From NCBI RefSeq assembly GCF_963676685.1, contig NC_092350.1, positions 13,516,001 to 13,580,000 of the forward strand: 64,000 nt of DNA, given 5' to 3'. This document shows, piece by piece, positions 1 through 13,360 of the stretch (the stretch's first letter is position 1; each line of letters opens with the position of its first letter). A program made the translations under genes and the position numbers. The notes beneath the pieces were generated by a model. It saw only the letters and a list, made by a program, of their open reading frames with translations. It was not told where the DNA came from and did no database searches. The DNA is from Mytilus edulis. Lineage: Eukaryota.

Positions 1-1092
1 TTGGGATTGTATTATGGTATGATGTCATCAAGGTCTGTGACGTCCGAAGACACAATTGGTGTCCGGAGAATAATTTTAGTTTAAGTGAATGGATCTCTAT
101 GAAATTCAATAAGAAGGTTCAATACCACAAAAGGAAGATGTTTGTCCCAACAGTTTTGGAATAAGGGGCCCAAAACAAGCATTTTTTTACTTTCAGTATA
201 TTAACTTGTGTATAAGTATTTCAATTGCTCTGAAATTGTACCACAATGTTAAATACTACAAGTAGAAGGTTTGGATACATTTAAGGGTTATGGTGCCAAC
301 AGTTTAGGTATTAAGGACCAAAAAGGGGCCAAAAACTATCATTTTTGTAGTTTCTGGACAATAACTTGTATGTAAGTGTATTGATCTCTCTTACATTGTA
401 CTACAAGATTCCATATCATGAAAGGAAGGCTAGGATTGAGTTTGGGAGTAATTGCCCAATTCATGCCGGAATTAAGGACCAAAAAAGGGTTAAAATATGT
501 AAAAACAAGCATTTTTATAATTTTCCAGATATGATCACTGAACTAGTATATATATTTGTTTAGGGTCCAGCTGAAGGACGCCTCCAGGTGCAGGAATTTT
601 TCACTGCATTGAAGACCTATTGGTGACCTTCTGTTGTTATCAGTTCTGTGGTCGGGTTGTTGTCTCTTTGACACATTCTCCATTTCCATTCTCAATTTTA
701 TAATAACTTGTGTTTAAGAAGATGGATCTCTCTGAAATAGAACTACAAGGTTCCATACTACAAAGAAAAGGATGGGTTTGAGTGTGGGGGTAATTGCTCT
801 AAAGGGGGGGGGGGGGTCAAAAAGTTTGGTTCCAATTTTTTTTATGGGGTTCATATTTTTTTTTCTATTTTTTTTCAATTTTCAAGAAGAATCTTTAATT
901 GCATAGTATTGTGCAATAGACTTGTAAGATCTTGACATTTATTTTGTGTCAGAAACCCAAACTATGTCAAAAATTTGATCACAATCCAAATTCAGACAGA
1001 ATCAAGCTTGAATATTGTGAGTCTAAATTTGCAGCAACTGTACGGGGTTGGACCTCTGCGGTCGTTTCCAGCTACGCTTGGCGAAACATTTT
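1..1092. mobile_element. Non-autonomous Helentron/HINE-like element with degenerate satellite-type internal repeats (5' part outside window), interrupted by a SINE-like fragment at ~563-700
   Basis: Recurrent aaggggccca/aaggaccaaaaa motifs. The terminus ctctgcggtcgt...gcttggcgaaacat has a related inverted terminus at ~56440-56495. Confidence 0.5.
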
Positions 1093-1601
1093 ATTGACAT
1101 TTACACCCAATTAAAAAAGAAAACCAATATAACCCCTGATGACAAAAACAGCAACGGTCTTGCTTTTGGAATGCTGCAAGCCAGGGTCATTTTCTAGTTT
1201 TGGATTTTAAATTTCAACAAACTGTGATCCAAAAGTACCGTAGTATAATTTTTTCTGGTCTAATGATTTACCATTTCATGAAACATCTTGGCTGAAATCT
1301 ACTTCATCATCAAGTTTACAAAGATTTACTTAACTGTTCTGTCACAGATGTATAGGCATTTTAAATATATTTGCTATCAACAGATGTAGTAAATAATGTA
1401 GGGTTTATATGTCAATAATTTTAACACAGCATAAGATATAAAGAAAAAATAATCAGTAATCCAATATAGAGATTATAAATTTTCATATCCCCATTTGTCA
1501 ACAGATCATAAGTTCTTTAAACTTGCAGGTCTTTAGCAGAAATGTTTAGTTCATAGTAGTAAATGATTGATTTCATTTTTGAAATGCATCATATATACCG
1601 G

Positions 1602-1814
1602 TACTGTAAACCAACTAATTTTCGCGGATACTTTATTTTGCGTTTTACCTTTTTTATTCTAAATCGCGACTTTTTAATTCCGCGATGTTTCAATTAACTT
1701 AATGTAGGTTAATATCGAGAGAGCAAAGTTTTACATATTTACGACGATTAATATTCACGTTGTTTTTCTACTCGCGAAAATAAATCGTTCACGAAAATTA
1801 GTTGGTTTACGGTA
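1602..1814. mobile_element. MITE, Tc1/mariner-like (TA-flanked)
   Basis: TIRs tactgtaaaccaactaattttcg / cgaaaattagttggtttacggta. Confidence 0.75.
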
Positions 1815-2309
1815 TATCAATCAAAATGTATTTACACATGTATCTGTAAATGTGGAAATTTTATGGTCTTTCTGCTGTAGAGTTGCACCCATGCTTACAC
1901 ATAAATCCTATTTTGACAAAACTGAATTGTATTTAAATGTTATGCTTTACTTTTCCTATAGAAATTTGAGATTACGTCTTAAATAAGTAGTCTAAATAAA
2001 ACTTTGAGAGACACACCCTGAGGGTCCATTATTAACACTAAATGCTGAGAATTGAAGCTTCATATGATCTAGTATGAATATACAATATTTAAATCTATAG
2101 TTTATACCTGCATTGATTAAATATTTAAAGGTCTATAGCTATATAAAAGTAGATCTTTATTTCTTATTTGGATAAAGTATTTTAAAAAATTAAACGTGTT
2201 GTTAAAGATTTCGTGGCGTGATATTTATTGACATTATAGTGAAGGTTAAAAATTCAGTTCTTTTTCAAACCATATGTGTATAGAATAATAGATCAGATGT
2301 GATTGTGGT

Positions 2310-5300
2310 ATGGATATAGAATTCATGGATTCGTCAGATCTCCTGAAGAGCATAGACAATAAAAATGTGCTGTCAGGTCTTCAGAAAACCATAGATATTG
2401 AAAATATTCATAATCATGGAAATTTAGAAAGGTGGGATCATTTGTTCTTTTTAATCTTAAAGTTTTGTGATGTAAATTACTTCTGTTCTGCATTAGCAAT
2501 TGGAAATAATTTTGTGTGAAAATGTTTTGAAGTACAAATGTAGTATTATTTATAAACAGGTGATGTATATTTTAATTATTTACATTCTCTGAATTGTCTT
2601 TAAACCAGTCAACTTTGCAATTGAATGCACTGTTAAGATGGTTAATGATCATCTATGTGTTATTAATAATGTAGTATACTGTTTGGTACCATTAAAACGT
2701 TAAATCCCTATGCAAATGTTTGCACCTGTCCTAAGTCAGGAATCTGATGTGCAGTAGTTGTCGTTTGTTAATGTAATTTATACATGTTTCTTGTTTCTCA
2801 TTTTTTATATAGATTAGACTGTTGGTTTTCCCGTTTGAATGGTTTTACACTAATAATTTTGGGGCCCTTTATAGCTCGTTCGGTGTGTGCCAAGGCTCTG
2901 TGTTGAAGGCCGTACATTGACCTATAATGGTTTACTTTTATTAAATGTTATTTGGATGGAGAGTTGTCTCACTGGCACTCGCACCACATCTTCCTATATC
3001 TATAACTGCTGACTATCATCCATACATTTTTGATCAGCAAGTCAACTCACTCAAGACTGCACATGTCGATTTTCTTCATAAAAAATGTAATGGTTGTCTG
3101 AGCATCTTGGTACTTTTTTAGGAGTATTGATTTTGTTGCACTTAGTTTTGCCAGAAATGTTACATAATATAGGTGTTCAGCCCTTATTATGATAAATTAA
3201 GTTTTAAAAAGACATTATCAAAACTTCCCAGATGCCACCATTAGGATTTTTATGCCCCCACTGTAGCAGAGGGGAAGTATTACGTTTTAACCCTGTTTGT
3301 CCGTACGTCCAAAACTTGGTTACTGTTCTCTAAATTAAGTTTGCCTCAACTAAATGTAACGAAACTTTTAAAAAATTACCACAAAACTCAAGTACAACTT
3401 TGGGTAGGGTCACTTTTACAGTTATTGAGATGTGTCCCATTATAACCTTACCGTATATGCATTTCGGGCATCATCTGTGTCACATGGACACATTCCCCAT
3501 TATTTTTTTCTCTCATTTTTTTCGTTTGAACAGAATATTTTGATAAAAAATATAACCATTACAAACAGGTCAATGCACATGAAATCATGAAGATAGGGTG
3601 TAACATAGAAGGATGCATTGTCCATACTTTTTATACAACTGTTTACGGGACATATTATTTAAATCAGGTAAAATCTGTCTGGACCAGAGGCGGCTAAAGG
3701 AAAATGTCATTTGACATGGTATCTAAATATTTATTTACTTAACACTACAAGACAAAACATTCAATACATAACATGATTTCAGTGATCATGATGATTGTGG
3801 TAGATTAAAACATTCAACAAATTAACTTTTATTTAGGAAAAGAACTATTTATGATGATTGCCGCATTACTGGTTAATAAAAACAAAAACAGCAAATGGAT
3901 TCAATAAAAACTTCCCGAGGGTATCACAAGCCCAGTAGTAAGCACTGTTTGTGCTGACATGAATTATCATTGATATTGTTATATTTATAAATTAACTGTT
4001 TACAAAATTTTGAATTTTTTGAAATACTAAGGCTTTTCTACCTCAGGCATAGATTACCTTAGCTGTATTTGGCAAAACTTTTAGGAATTTTGGTCCTCAA
4101 TGCTTTTCAACTTCGTACTTTATTTGGCCTTTTTGACTTTTTTGGATTGAGTTGCACTGATGAGTCTTTTGTAATAGAAAAGCGCGTCTGGCATATATAT
4201 AAACTTTAGACCTGGTATCTATGATGAGTTTATTTCATATATAAAGAAAAGGATAAAATCTAACATCAATTATTTATTAGTAAAGTGCATCTAACATGTA
4301 TTGCTTGACTGGTATTTAGTTTTTTGTAATTTCATTGGAGTGTAAATCGTTGACTGAATAGCATAAGCACTTCGTACTTAGTAAGCACAGTGCATATGTT
4401 CAACTGCTTGACAACTCTTTGAAAAGAGGTATTCAATTCTTATAATTACATTTTTTATGCAACAACCCTGAATTGACGAGTTAATTCAAGCCTTTCATTG
4501 GGTTTTCTTTATATAGATATAGGAAGATGTGGTGTGAGTGCCAATGAGACAACTCTCCATCCAAATAACAATTTATAAAAGTAAACCATTATAGGTCAAT
4601 ATGCCATTGTTCACTTAATAAAAGTTTATAGCACTTGAAATCATAGATTTTGCATGTTATACAAAAATAAAATTTTACTTTTGGAATGCCTTGACCAAGC
4701 AAAATAAGAGAATGGTATGAAACTTCTATGTTATGTAATTATTGACAGTTATAATCTTTAATGTGTATCGATACAGCTTTTGAGAGAAAAGCTCAACTTT
4801 ATCCCCATTTCAGAATTTTTGCATTTCCATCCAACTTTAAATCATTGTCTCTTCATATTTGTCTAATTTTCTTTTTTAGATGCAGCCATTCAGCAAGTAA
4901 TATTCAGTCTGTGGCCTCCACCAACATGGATGACAATTCATGTGAATCCAAGGAGCTCATTCCTAATATAGAGGTCACACAACATCTTCAAAGCATCATG
5001 CCACCAGAGAGCACTACAGGAACTCCAGAACCTAAACGTTCTTTGACTTTAATGCAGATGATCCTGCTGAATGCCATTGTTTGTGGAGTAGAAGTTTGTG
5101 CGTGTGCAGGTTTTACCTATATTCCACCAATGTTATTAAAGGCTGGATACACTGAGGAAAACATGAGTATAATACTTGGTATAGGACCATTCTTAGGACT
5201 CATCGTTGTGCCTATTATTGGTAAAGAAAGCGATCGTTGTAAGAGTCGTTTTGGTCGAAGGCGACCGTTTATAGCTGGCCTATCACTTGTTTTATTATTT

Positions 5301-8240
5301 TCCTTGTTATTTATTCCGTATGGAGATGTTATATTTATAAAGCTGTTAGGAGACACATCCTTTAGTAAAACAATGTGTCTCGTAGGATTAACTGTTGGTG
5401 TGATACTTTTAGATTTTACTAGTCAGGCTTGTTTGACGCCATGTGAAGCTCTTCTGTCTGATGCATCACAAGGTACCCAACAACAGGAACAAATATTTAC
5501 CATATACTCACAAATGGTCAGCTGTGGTGGTTTCCTAGGTTACCTAGTTACAGCAATAGACTGGAATTCAATGAGTATAGGTCACTTTTTTGGCAGCCAA
5601 GAAAAAACTGTGTTTTCAGTATTAACTGTTTTATTTTTACTTTTGTTCACAGCAACTATAATTGTTGCAAAAGAAGAGCCACTTAGTGAAAGAGTATCAA
5701 GTCATCTTGATTTACAACAACTTGAAACAGATATCCCAGAATTCAAAGTTCCAGGAAGTACATTAGAATCTGGGTATGAATCTAGCATCAATTCTGATGA
5801 AGAAAATTATTACCCAGGACAATTAGTTAGAAGACAAAAACGTGTTAAAAGTTTCTCAAAATCAAGCAAAAAAGCAAGGAATTATTTCACATTACTTTTA
5901 AATCTTTGTTTATATCCATTAATATTTGTACTTAAACGTATCAAACTTTTAACAGTATTACAGACTCTTTGTAAAGCAGTTGGTGGAATTATATATGAGA
6001 AACTTCCAGAAACTGTGAAAAATTTAATAAATATTCCATATGTTTTAAAAGTTTTAGCACTAGCAAATTTTTGCAGTTGGACAGCACTTATGGGATTTAA
6101 TTTATTTTTTACTGATTTTGTTGGACAAGCCATATATGGTGGCAACCCTAATGCTCCTGAAAACTCTGTTCTGCGTAATCATTATGATGAAGGAGTAAGA
6201 ATGGCAAGTTGGGGATTATTATTTCATTGTATAACATCAGCTATATATGCATTCTTAGTGGAAAGACTTGTGAATAAGTTTGGAACAAGATGGACATACT
6301 TCTTTGGAATGTTTTCATTTTCAATAGCCATGTTTTGTATGGTGACTTGGAGAAATATCTACATTGTGAATTTAATGGCAGCATTTACAGGATTTGCCTA
6401 TGCAACATTGACAACCATTCCATTTATATTGGTTACAACCTATCATACAGACAAACAGGTAATACTTTTACCATTCTTGAGTTATTTCCCTTTAAAGATG
6501 GAAAATTGTTAGTGTCTTTGAAAGTGGCATTGAAAATCACAAAAACAGCTCGTAATTTTTAAGATAAAATGATATATTTCCCCACTGCTATATAAACTCT
6601 TATTATATACGCATTACTCTACCATTCTAAATTAAATACAAAGTAATGCTATACCTTAGGTGAAGAGGAAATCATGTTGTAATTCCATTTAAATATTTAT
6701 TTATAAGTTTTGATTATATGATATAACAATAGACCATAAAGGAATACAGAATAGTAACAATGTCAAATGATACTTAAAATATTGGATCAGATCAGATTAT
6801 GACCCTCTATTTTTACTATTTCAAAATTTTATAATTGTACATTATATATGCATGTTGTCCTATGTCAATTCCCTATTGGAGGAAATAAAGTATGATGATG
6901 ATAATGATGAAACATCCCAATAGTAGAAGTAGTTGGGAAATATTTAGAAAAAATATAAAATAACAAAAGTCTCAATTTCTTTTAATTAAAATTTTGAATT
7001 TTTTTTAATAAAAAAAACAGTTTGCACTTTAAAATCGTTAGGAATAATGGACTGCTTAATAGGGACATATTAATACTACTCAAGTTGAAATTTGATATAT
7101 TTATTATTTCTCTAAAATACAGAAATTGTAAGAGAAATTTTATATTTCTTCTAAAAGATTAAATTGCTCTAGTAGTAGACTACAACATGTTCAGTGTAAT
7201 CAAGGACGTATAACTAACTAATAAGCGTCCTTGGTGTAATGATGGGAAGTTTTGTCACATTTCTATTAAGTTGCTACAGTGTAATCATGGGAAGTTTTGT
7301 CGCATTTCTATTAAGTTGCTACGTTAAGGTAGATGGGGTGTCTAAATTATAATCCATAGAATTTTTTCATAATTTGCCAAAATGTAGTTTATATAATGCT
7401 TTTTAAAAAATAATAATAAAAATAATGGGTCACCGGGCTTATTTCCACGCCACACAGTGTTCAAAATTGACAAATTTTGTATAGATTATGTATGGAAAAT
7501 CCAATTTTCTGCAATAAAGCGTCATCTACACCATAGAATTTTGAGATAACATATGAGAAGATGGCTTTACTTATATGCTTTTAGTTAAGAAAAAGAAACA
7601 ATGGGGTCACCAGACCCGTTTTCTTGCTACATTATAAAATAGGTAAATTCCTAACACATTCTATTGTAAAAGTACCTTAATCTGAATTATCTGCCCTTGC
7701 ATTTGAGTTGCCTCCCCTTATGTGGCAAAGTTGGAAAAAAATTGATCAGACAAATGTTTTTGTTTTTTTGTAAAATACCACAAATATGATAAAACATGTC
7801 ATTTTCTATACCGAAGTGGAAGTTCTTACACATGAATTACCCGCTACTCTAAAAATTTGCACATTCTATTAAAGATCTAGACCTTGTTTTCTGGTATTTC
7901 CAAATCCAAGATGGAGGAAGACACCCTATCTACCTTAATTGTTTAATTTGTATTTTTTCTTCAGGTTTTCTTCTTTGATGTCAACAGTAATGGACCTAGT
8001 CGTGGAGTAGGGGGTGATATGGGTACATTAGATACTGCCTACTTCCTGTCACAAGTTGTTCTGTCTGGCCTGATGGGATACATTGTCCACATGACTGGAA
8101 CAGTGTTGTCATACATGGTCACTGCTGGTGTCATGGGTATTCTGAGTTGTATATGTGTACAAAGAATTATATCTAGCAAGCATGACCTACACCATGTTTT
8201 ACCAAAGCCCAGAGAGAAAATGGGAATATTGAACATCTAA
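2310..8240 (+). CDS. SLC45A3: SLC45 family (MFS sucrose/H+ symporter-like) transporter, SLC45A3/prostein-like; join(2310..2431,4880..6458,7965..8240), 658 aa
   Basis: The ORF 4761..6512 carries GVEVCACAGFTYIPPMLL...LGIGPFLG...SDRCKSRFGRRRPFI and LLDFTSQACLTPCEALLSD plus many TM helices, all typical of SLC45A3. Splices are phase-consistent: AG|gtggga at 2431 to ttttag|A at 4880 (phase 2), and CAG|gtaata at 6458 to ttcag|GTT at 7965 (phase 0), in frame with ORF 8019..8240. The first exon is the least certain. Confidence 0.88.
2690..3002 (-). repeat. Dispersed SINE-like repeat family (aagatgtggt.tgagtgccaatgagacaactctcca)
   Basis: The same motif recurs at ~4512-4600, ~16886-16940, ~29545-29625, ~37124-37300 and ~52050-52090. 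Confidence 0.65.
3249..3500 (+). mobile_element. Short HINE-like element
   Basis: Starts ttttatgccccca and ends catctgtgtc.catggacacattcc. A related copy lies at ~49039-49480. Confidence 0.5.
3913..4235 (+). mobile_element. Retrozyme-like repeat with degenerate type I hammerhead ribozyme
   Basis: Homologous to 59870-60217. CTGATGA at 4157 and GAAA..GCGCGTC at 4177-4188, but stems I and II are degraded. Confidence 0.6.
7328..7934. mobile_element. Non-autonomous DNA transposon with TTAA TSD (Kolobok-like)
   Basis: ttaa|ggtagatggggtgtct ... agacaccctatctacc|ttaa. GG termini plus TTAA fit Kolobok better than piggyBac. Confidence 0.7.
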
Positions 8241-11200
8241 CGTGTTCTTGTTATATTTATTATTTATTGTTATTTTATAGGGTTAGTTTGTTAAACCATT
8301 TTATGTTTAAAATGAAACTAGTCTACTCTCAATTTCAATCATAGTGACCAAAATATATGTAGAATTATTGTCAATATTTACAAGCTTGTCTCAAATATGT
8401 ATTGAGGGAACACATGTCCTACAAGAATATATTTTGAAAACTACTTGAATTTCTGTTGTGATATATATTTTATGAGACACAAATTCTGTATTTTTCATTC
8501 TCACTGAAAACTGCCAAAATGTCTGAGTTTGTACCATTTTTGTCTCATATGTGACCAAAGTGAGAGAGTGCAAAGACATGGGGGAACAAATCTAATTGCA
8601 ATGATATGAATTATATATACATGATATTTGTACAAGGCTTTATAATGATGCATTGTTGTTTTTTTGTTTGTCCAGGCCTAGGGGTTAATTTAGTTTATTT
8701 AGATAGGTTTATAAGAACCAGTATGTTGATCTTATTTAAAATGTCTTCCTATCATATTTGTTATAGAGTATCAAATCAAATTATTCATATACATGTATTT
8801 TATGTCTGTTAGTTAGTTACATATAGGTAGTCATAGTTTTAAAAATTTGAAAATATTGGATCATCATACTACATGTACTATGTTATTACTCTAAGGTTGG
8901 TGGTTCTATCCAAGCACTCTAGCCTCTATGATCAATAAGAACTGACTGCCATAAAATGGCAAAATAGTGCTGAAAGTGTTGTTAAACACACATCAATCAA
9001 TCAACATATAATTCTATATTTTAATAAGTTATTAATAGGGAAAGATGAAGGTTGTGCCAAATATTCATTATTGTCTTCCTGGAATGTCAATCTTGTTTTT
9101 TAAGATATTTGTTATTGATATTTCATAGAATTTTAAACCTGTTCTAAACTTACATTTTTATTAAGAATACAAAATTTAGAATTAATCAAAAGTTTACTGA
9201 AACAAATACATTAAACAGAAATTAAGCAGCCATGATGAGAAAATTTTAATGTTTTTTTGTTTCTGATTGTTACGAAGCTGCTTTAACTTAACCCTTTCAA
9301 TTGTAATGTTATCATTTTGTGGTAAGATTGCTAGATTTTCATTGTTTTCTTTATTCAAGTAATTCTTGACATCTGTTAGTGATATCTGTATTTATTTCTC
9401 TTAACTCCTCAAGGAAATAGAGGAGCAAAACCATTTTTTTCTCCAACTCTCTGTTTTGGAAGTTTTAGTCTCATTTATATTTTAACTTCATTAACTATAT
9501 ACATGTAATAGCACAATGTTTTAGGTGACAGTCAGTAGCTACTTTGGATTTGTGGGTTTTTATGTTGGTTAGTTTAGAAAAATCTTATTCTGTATATGGG
9601 CCATATTTAATTAAAATAGGACAGTTACCAAAACCTTTATTTATTTTTATTATTAATTAGATGATACCACATTGAGGTCCAAAGTGTCCTAAATGAAACT
9701 TTTGTTTATTTCTTCAAAACAATTTTCCTCTATACAGAATAATTATTCAGCAAGAGAATACTCTTTCCACAATGAATGTGCAGAGTGAAATAGTGAGATT
9801 TAATACTGTGCCATTATCAATCTTGATATTTTTGCCTTCTTAACATATTTGAAATACAGAAAAAATACTGAACTTCCAGGAAAATAAGAAAAATGCAAAA
9901 TCAAAAGTTCAAACTCATCATTTTAGATTTTTGAAGATGTTTATGATTATGACAAAATCAGAGGATCATGAAAGGTCTTTAAAACAGAAAGTAGAACCAA
10001 GTCTTGTCAAGTAAGCTAAGTGGGGACGCAGGATCTGTAATTTAATAGGTTATATATAAGCATTACTTTTTATTTTTGTGTATTTATTAGTTATTTTGTA
10101 TATGATGTATTGAGGGATATATTCTACTTAGCAATGTTTGTTTCATGATCAAATTAATTCAGGTCGCTTGTACACTTCATATTTAAAAGATTTGAGATGC
10201 CAAGGGACAAACCATTTATTTTATTATTTTAGTGGATTTATGCTTACTTAAATGAGATCAGATATAATAACTTTCACTATATATGTCTTATTTATAACAT
10301 TTAAAGATTATTTGTGGTTATATATATTTACTTTATATATTATTGTTAAATTGTTTTATTTTAGTAAAGTTAACCTGTCACAAACTTCCAGTGTGAGCTA
10401 TTGCCAGCACTATCAATTTGTGTTCATTATCCCTCGTTTACTTTCTACTCTTTTGAGAAACTACTAGGTTTATTATATCATATGCAAACAAAGTTTTAGG
10501 GGTATAAAGGAATCAAACCATCTTTCAATCTGTCTGTTTGTCCAGATTTATCATTTGTTCTAATCACTTCAAATTTAGTTTTAAAAATAAAAGATCATGA
10601 TATGCAACATTTATCAATTGAAGGAATTTTACTCTTAGACTTTTTAGTTTATCCAGATTTATGCCCCATTAACCAAAGAAATTTTGACTCTCTTCAAAAC
10701 CACTTTGTCATTATAACTTTAAAGAGAGAGCCCCATTATATCCATATGAAACTTTGTGTATTTCATTTTAGTGGACACTTCCAGTATGAACTATATTTTG
10801 TCAAGAAAAGTAAATTGAAAGTGATTTTTACAAAACCATTCTGTTTTGATAAAAAAAAAATTGTTTCATTTTGTTTTGGTAGAAATGTAAATAGTTATCA
10901 AAGGTACCAGGATTATAATTTAGTACACTAGACGTGCATTTCGTCTACATAAGGCAAACAAGTACAAAGTTGAAGAGCATGAAGGATTCAAAATTGTGCA
11001 AAATATGACTAAGGTAATCTATGCTGAAAATGTTGATTTGTAGAAGTTTGATACTTTGTTCATTTTGCTTCAATTTTACTAAGAATTCTTTAGCAAAAAC
11101 CAAATTCAAATGTTACTTATTTTATTATCATTAAAAAATGTCAATCGTTTAATTTTAGTGTATTCTTAATGAGAGTATAAGAAAAGACATTTGAGGGAAC

Positions 11201-12264
11201 TATATTGTATGCTGTAATAGTAATCATTCCTACATTGGCATTATTATTTCTCCTAGGAAACATTATTGTATATCTCTGTCTATGTATCAAAGAACTCACA
11301 TTGTAACTGAAGTATCCAGCAATGAAACTGGACCAAATTTTTATACAATCAGTTATTTTTAAATACTTTGACAAATCATTGACAAATGTGTACACAATAT
11401 TATGAATCCTTAGCAATTGTTAAACACAATGATGACTTGGTAATTTTCCATTTTGATGATGTTCCTTTTAGTTGTTTCAGATTTATAGTCAATAATTATG
11501 ATCACAATGTTTTTTAAATAGTCATTTTATTGAAACTGTTTTTATATTCAATAACGTACTTAATCTACAAACAATGTCCACTCCTGATTTGTAGATGAGT
11601 GTATAAAATGCTCTAGGCAATCATATTGTGAACAAAATGTACCTAATACTGCCATCGGGTGTATAAAATGCTGTAGGCAATCTTATTTGTGAACAAAATG
11701 TACCTAATACTGCCATCAAATACTGTTATGCATTTTCGGCGTTTGCTCCTTGAGCTTGTAGTTTTCTGTTGCTACGCATATTATGAAAAATGTTCCTGTT
11801 GCTATTTATCATCGTTTGTTAGTTCTGCAAATTTCTGTTTGCATATTTTATTGAAAAAATGTGAGAAGAATTATTGCAATTTCAGAAATTGTTGCAAACA
11901 AACAATGCTATCAAAATTGAAATGCATTTATTTTGCAAAACCTTTATAAAAATATTGCAGAAATTTCTGATTGTACAGAATATAGTTTTAAAAACATTTA
12001 TTATTGAAATATTGGATTTTTGAGTATTATAATTTGTTTTGTTTATCTTTTTTTATTTTTATTGCCAAACTATTAAATTTTTGAGGATAGAATTTGTTTG
12101 ATTGTTTTTTTTACATGCATAATACTCTCCCTCCCTCCCTCCCTCTCTGGTTGACAAACGAATTGATCCATTAGTCTCTTGATCTCTTGATCTTGAAAGG
12201 AATGATTGATGTGTTAGGTTTAGATATTCATATTAAGATTGAACTTAAACTTGACATGAGTCTT

Positions 12265-12478
12265 TCATTGGATTGATCGATTGTTGGTGTTTGGGTAATT
12301 CGTTGAGGAAGCTGAAGTGCCAGGAGAAAACTACGATAGGAAAACTGACAATCCTAGTCAACTAAGATTGGAATGGAGTGCTACCACATGAGCGTAGTTT
12401 GAAGTAACAACCTCAGTGTTGACTGGCTAGTTATTACAGTAGTAGAACTACTTTGACCACTTGGCCACCAATGCCCCT
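12265..12478 (+). repeat. Dispersed repeat (gataggaaaactgacaatcctagtcaa... family)
   Basis: Near-identical segment at ~24352-24595 and a degenerate one at ~14515-14660. Confidence 0.6.
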
Positions 12479-12896
12479 TCTTTCATTGGAACAATTTGTC
12501 AAGTGCATGTTATACTTGTGAAATCTTACTTCAAATTCTACAATTTGTTGTTCTACAAAGGACTTTGTAATGAAACCAATAACAAGAACAATTCACAGTT
12601 GATCAACAAGGCTCTAGTAATGACAAAGAAAATCATACATGTCATCAATGAATAAAAATCTTCTCAGTTTGTATATGATAGCATACGCCAATTCCATTTT
12701 CATCTAAACATGCATCAGAAATTCAGAGACATTAAAAAGAAATATGCACAGATATAAACATTTGATGAAATCAAAACTGTAGAAATAAACAGGAAAAAGA
12801 AAGTATTTAAATTGAAATTATATGAGATAAAATCTTATGAACAATATGTTTTCAATGTTTCAAAAAGCCCTGTTCTGGTGTTATTGGTCTTGGCAG

Positions 12897-13360
12897 GCAT
12901 GATTTTCTTGATAGAAGGTCGCTGCTCACAAGGAAGCTATTAAATCAAGAGTTCCAAATGGTGAAGTTGAAATCATCCATTTGTAAATTTTAAGGACGCC
13001 ATCACCAGTTGGTTGACTGTTATGGAATAACCGTTTCACAAATGATATCAGATATGTTTCTTACGTCGTAACCACAATCCCCTTCCCTTACATAAATGTG
13101 ACCTACCGAATTAGACTATTTACCGGATTTGTTATAACATGAGCAACACGACATGTGGAGCAGGATCTGCTTAGAATTCCAGAGCACCTGAGATCACTCC
13201 TAGTTTTTGGTGGGGTTTTGGTGCTTATTCTTTAGCATTCCATGTTGTGTCATGTGTACTATTGTTTGTCTGTTTGTCCTTTTCATTTTTAGCCATGGCG
13301 TTGTCAGTTTATATTCAATTAATGAGTTTGACTGTCCCTCTGATATCTTTCGTCCCTCTT
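12897..13360 (+). mobile_element. 3' fragment of Penelope-like retroelement
   Basis: Degenerate copy of 54222-54693 (HDFLDR...LLTRKLLNQEFQMVKLKSS plus 3' UTR). Confidence 0.65.

Noticed and set aside
4761-4879. ATG at 4761 as the SLC45A3 start
   Set aside because: The region includes a polypyrimidine tract and AG acceptor at 4878-4879 that is phase-compatible with the upstream exon 2310-2431.
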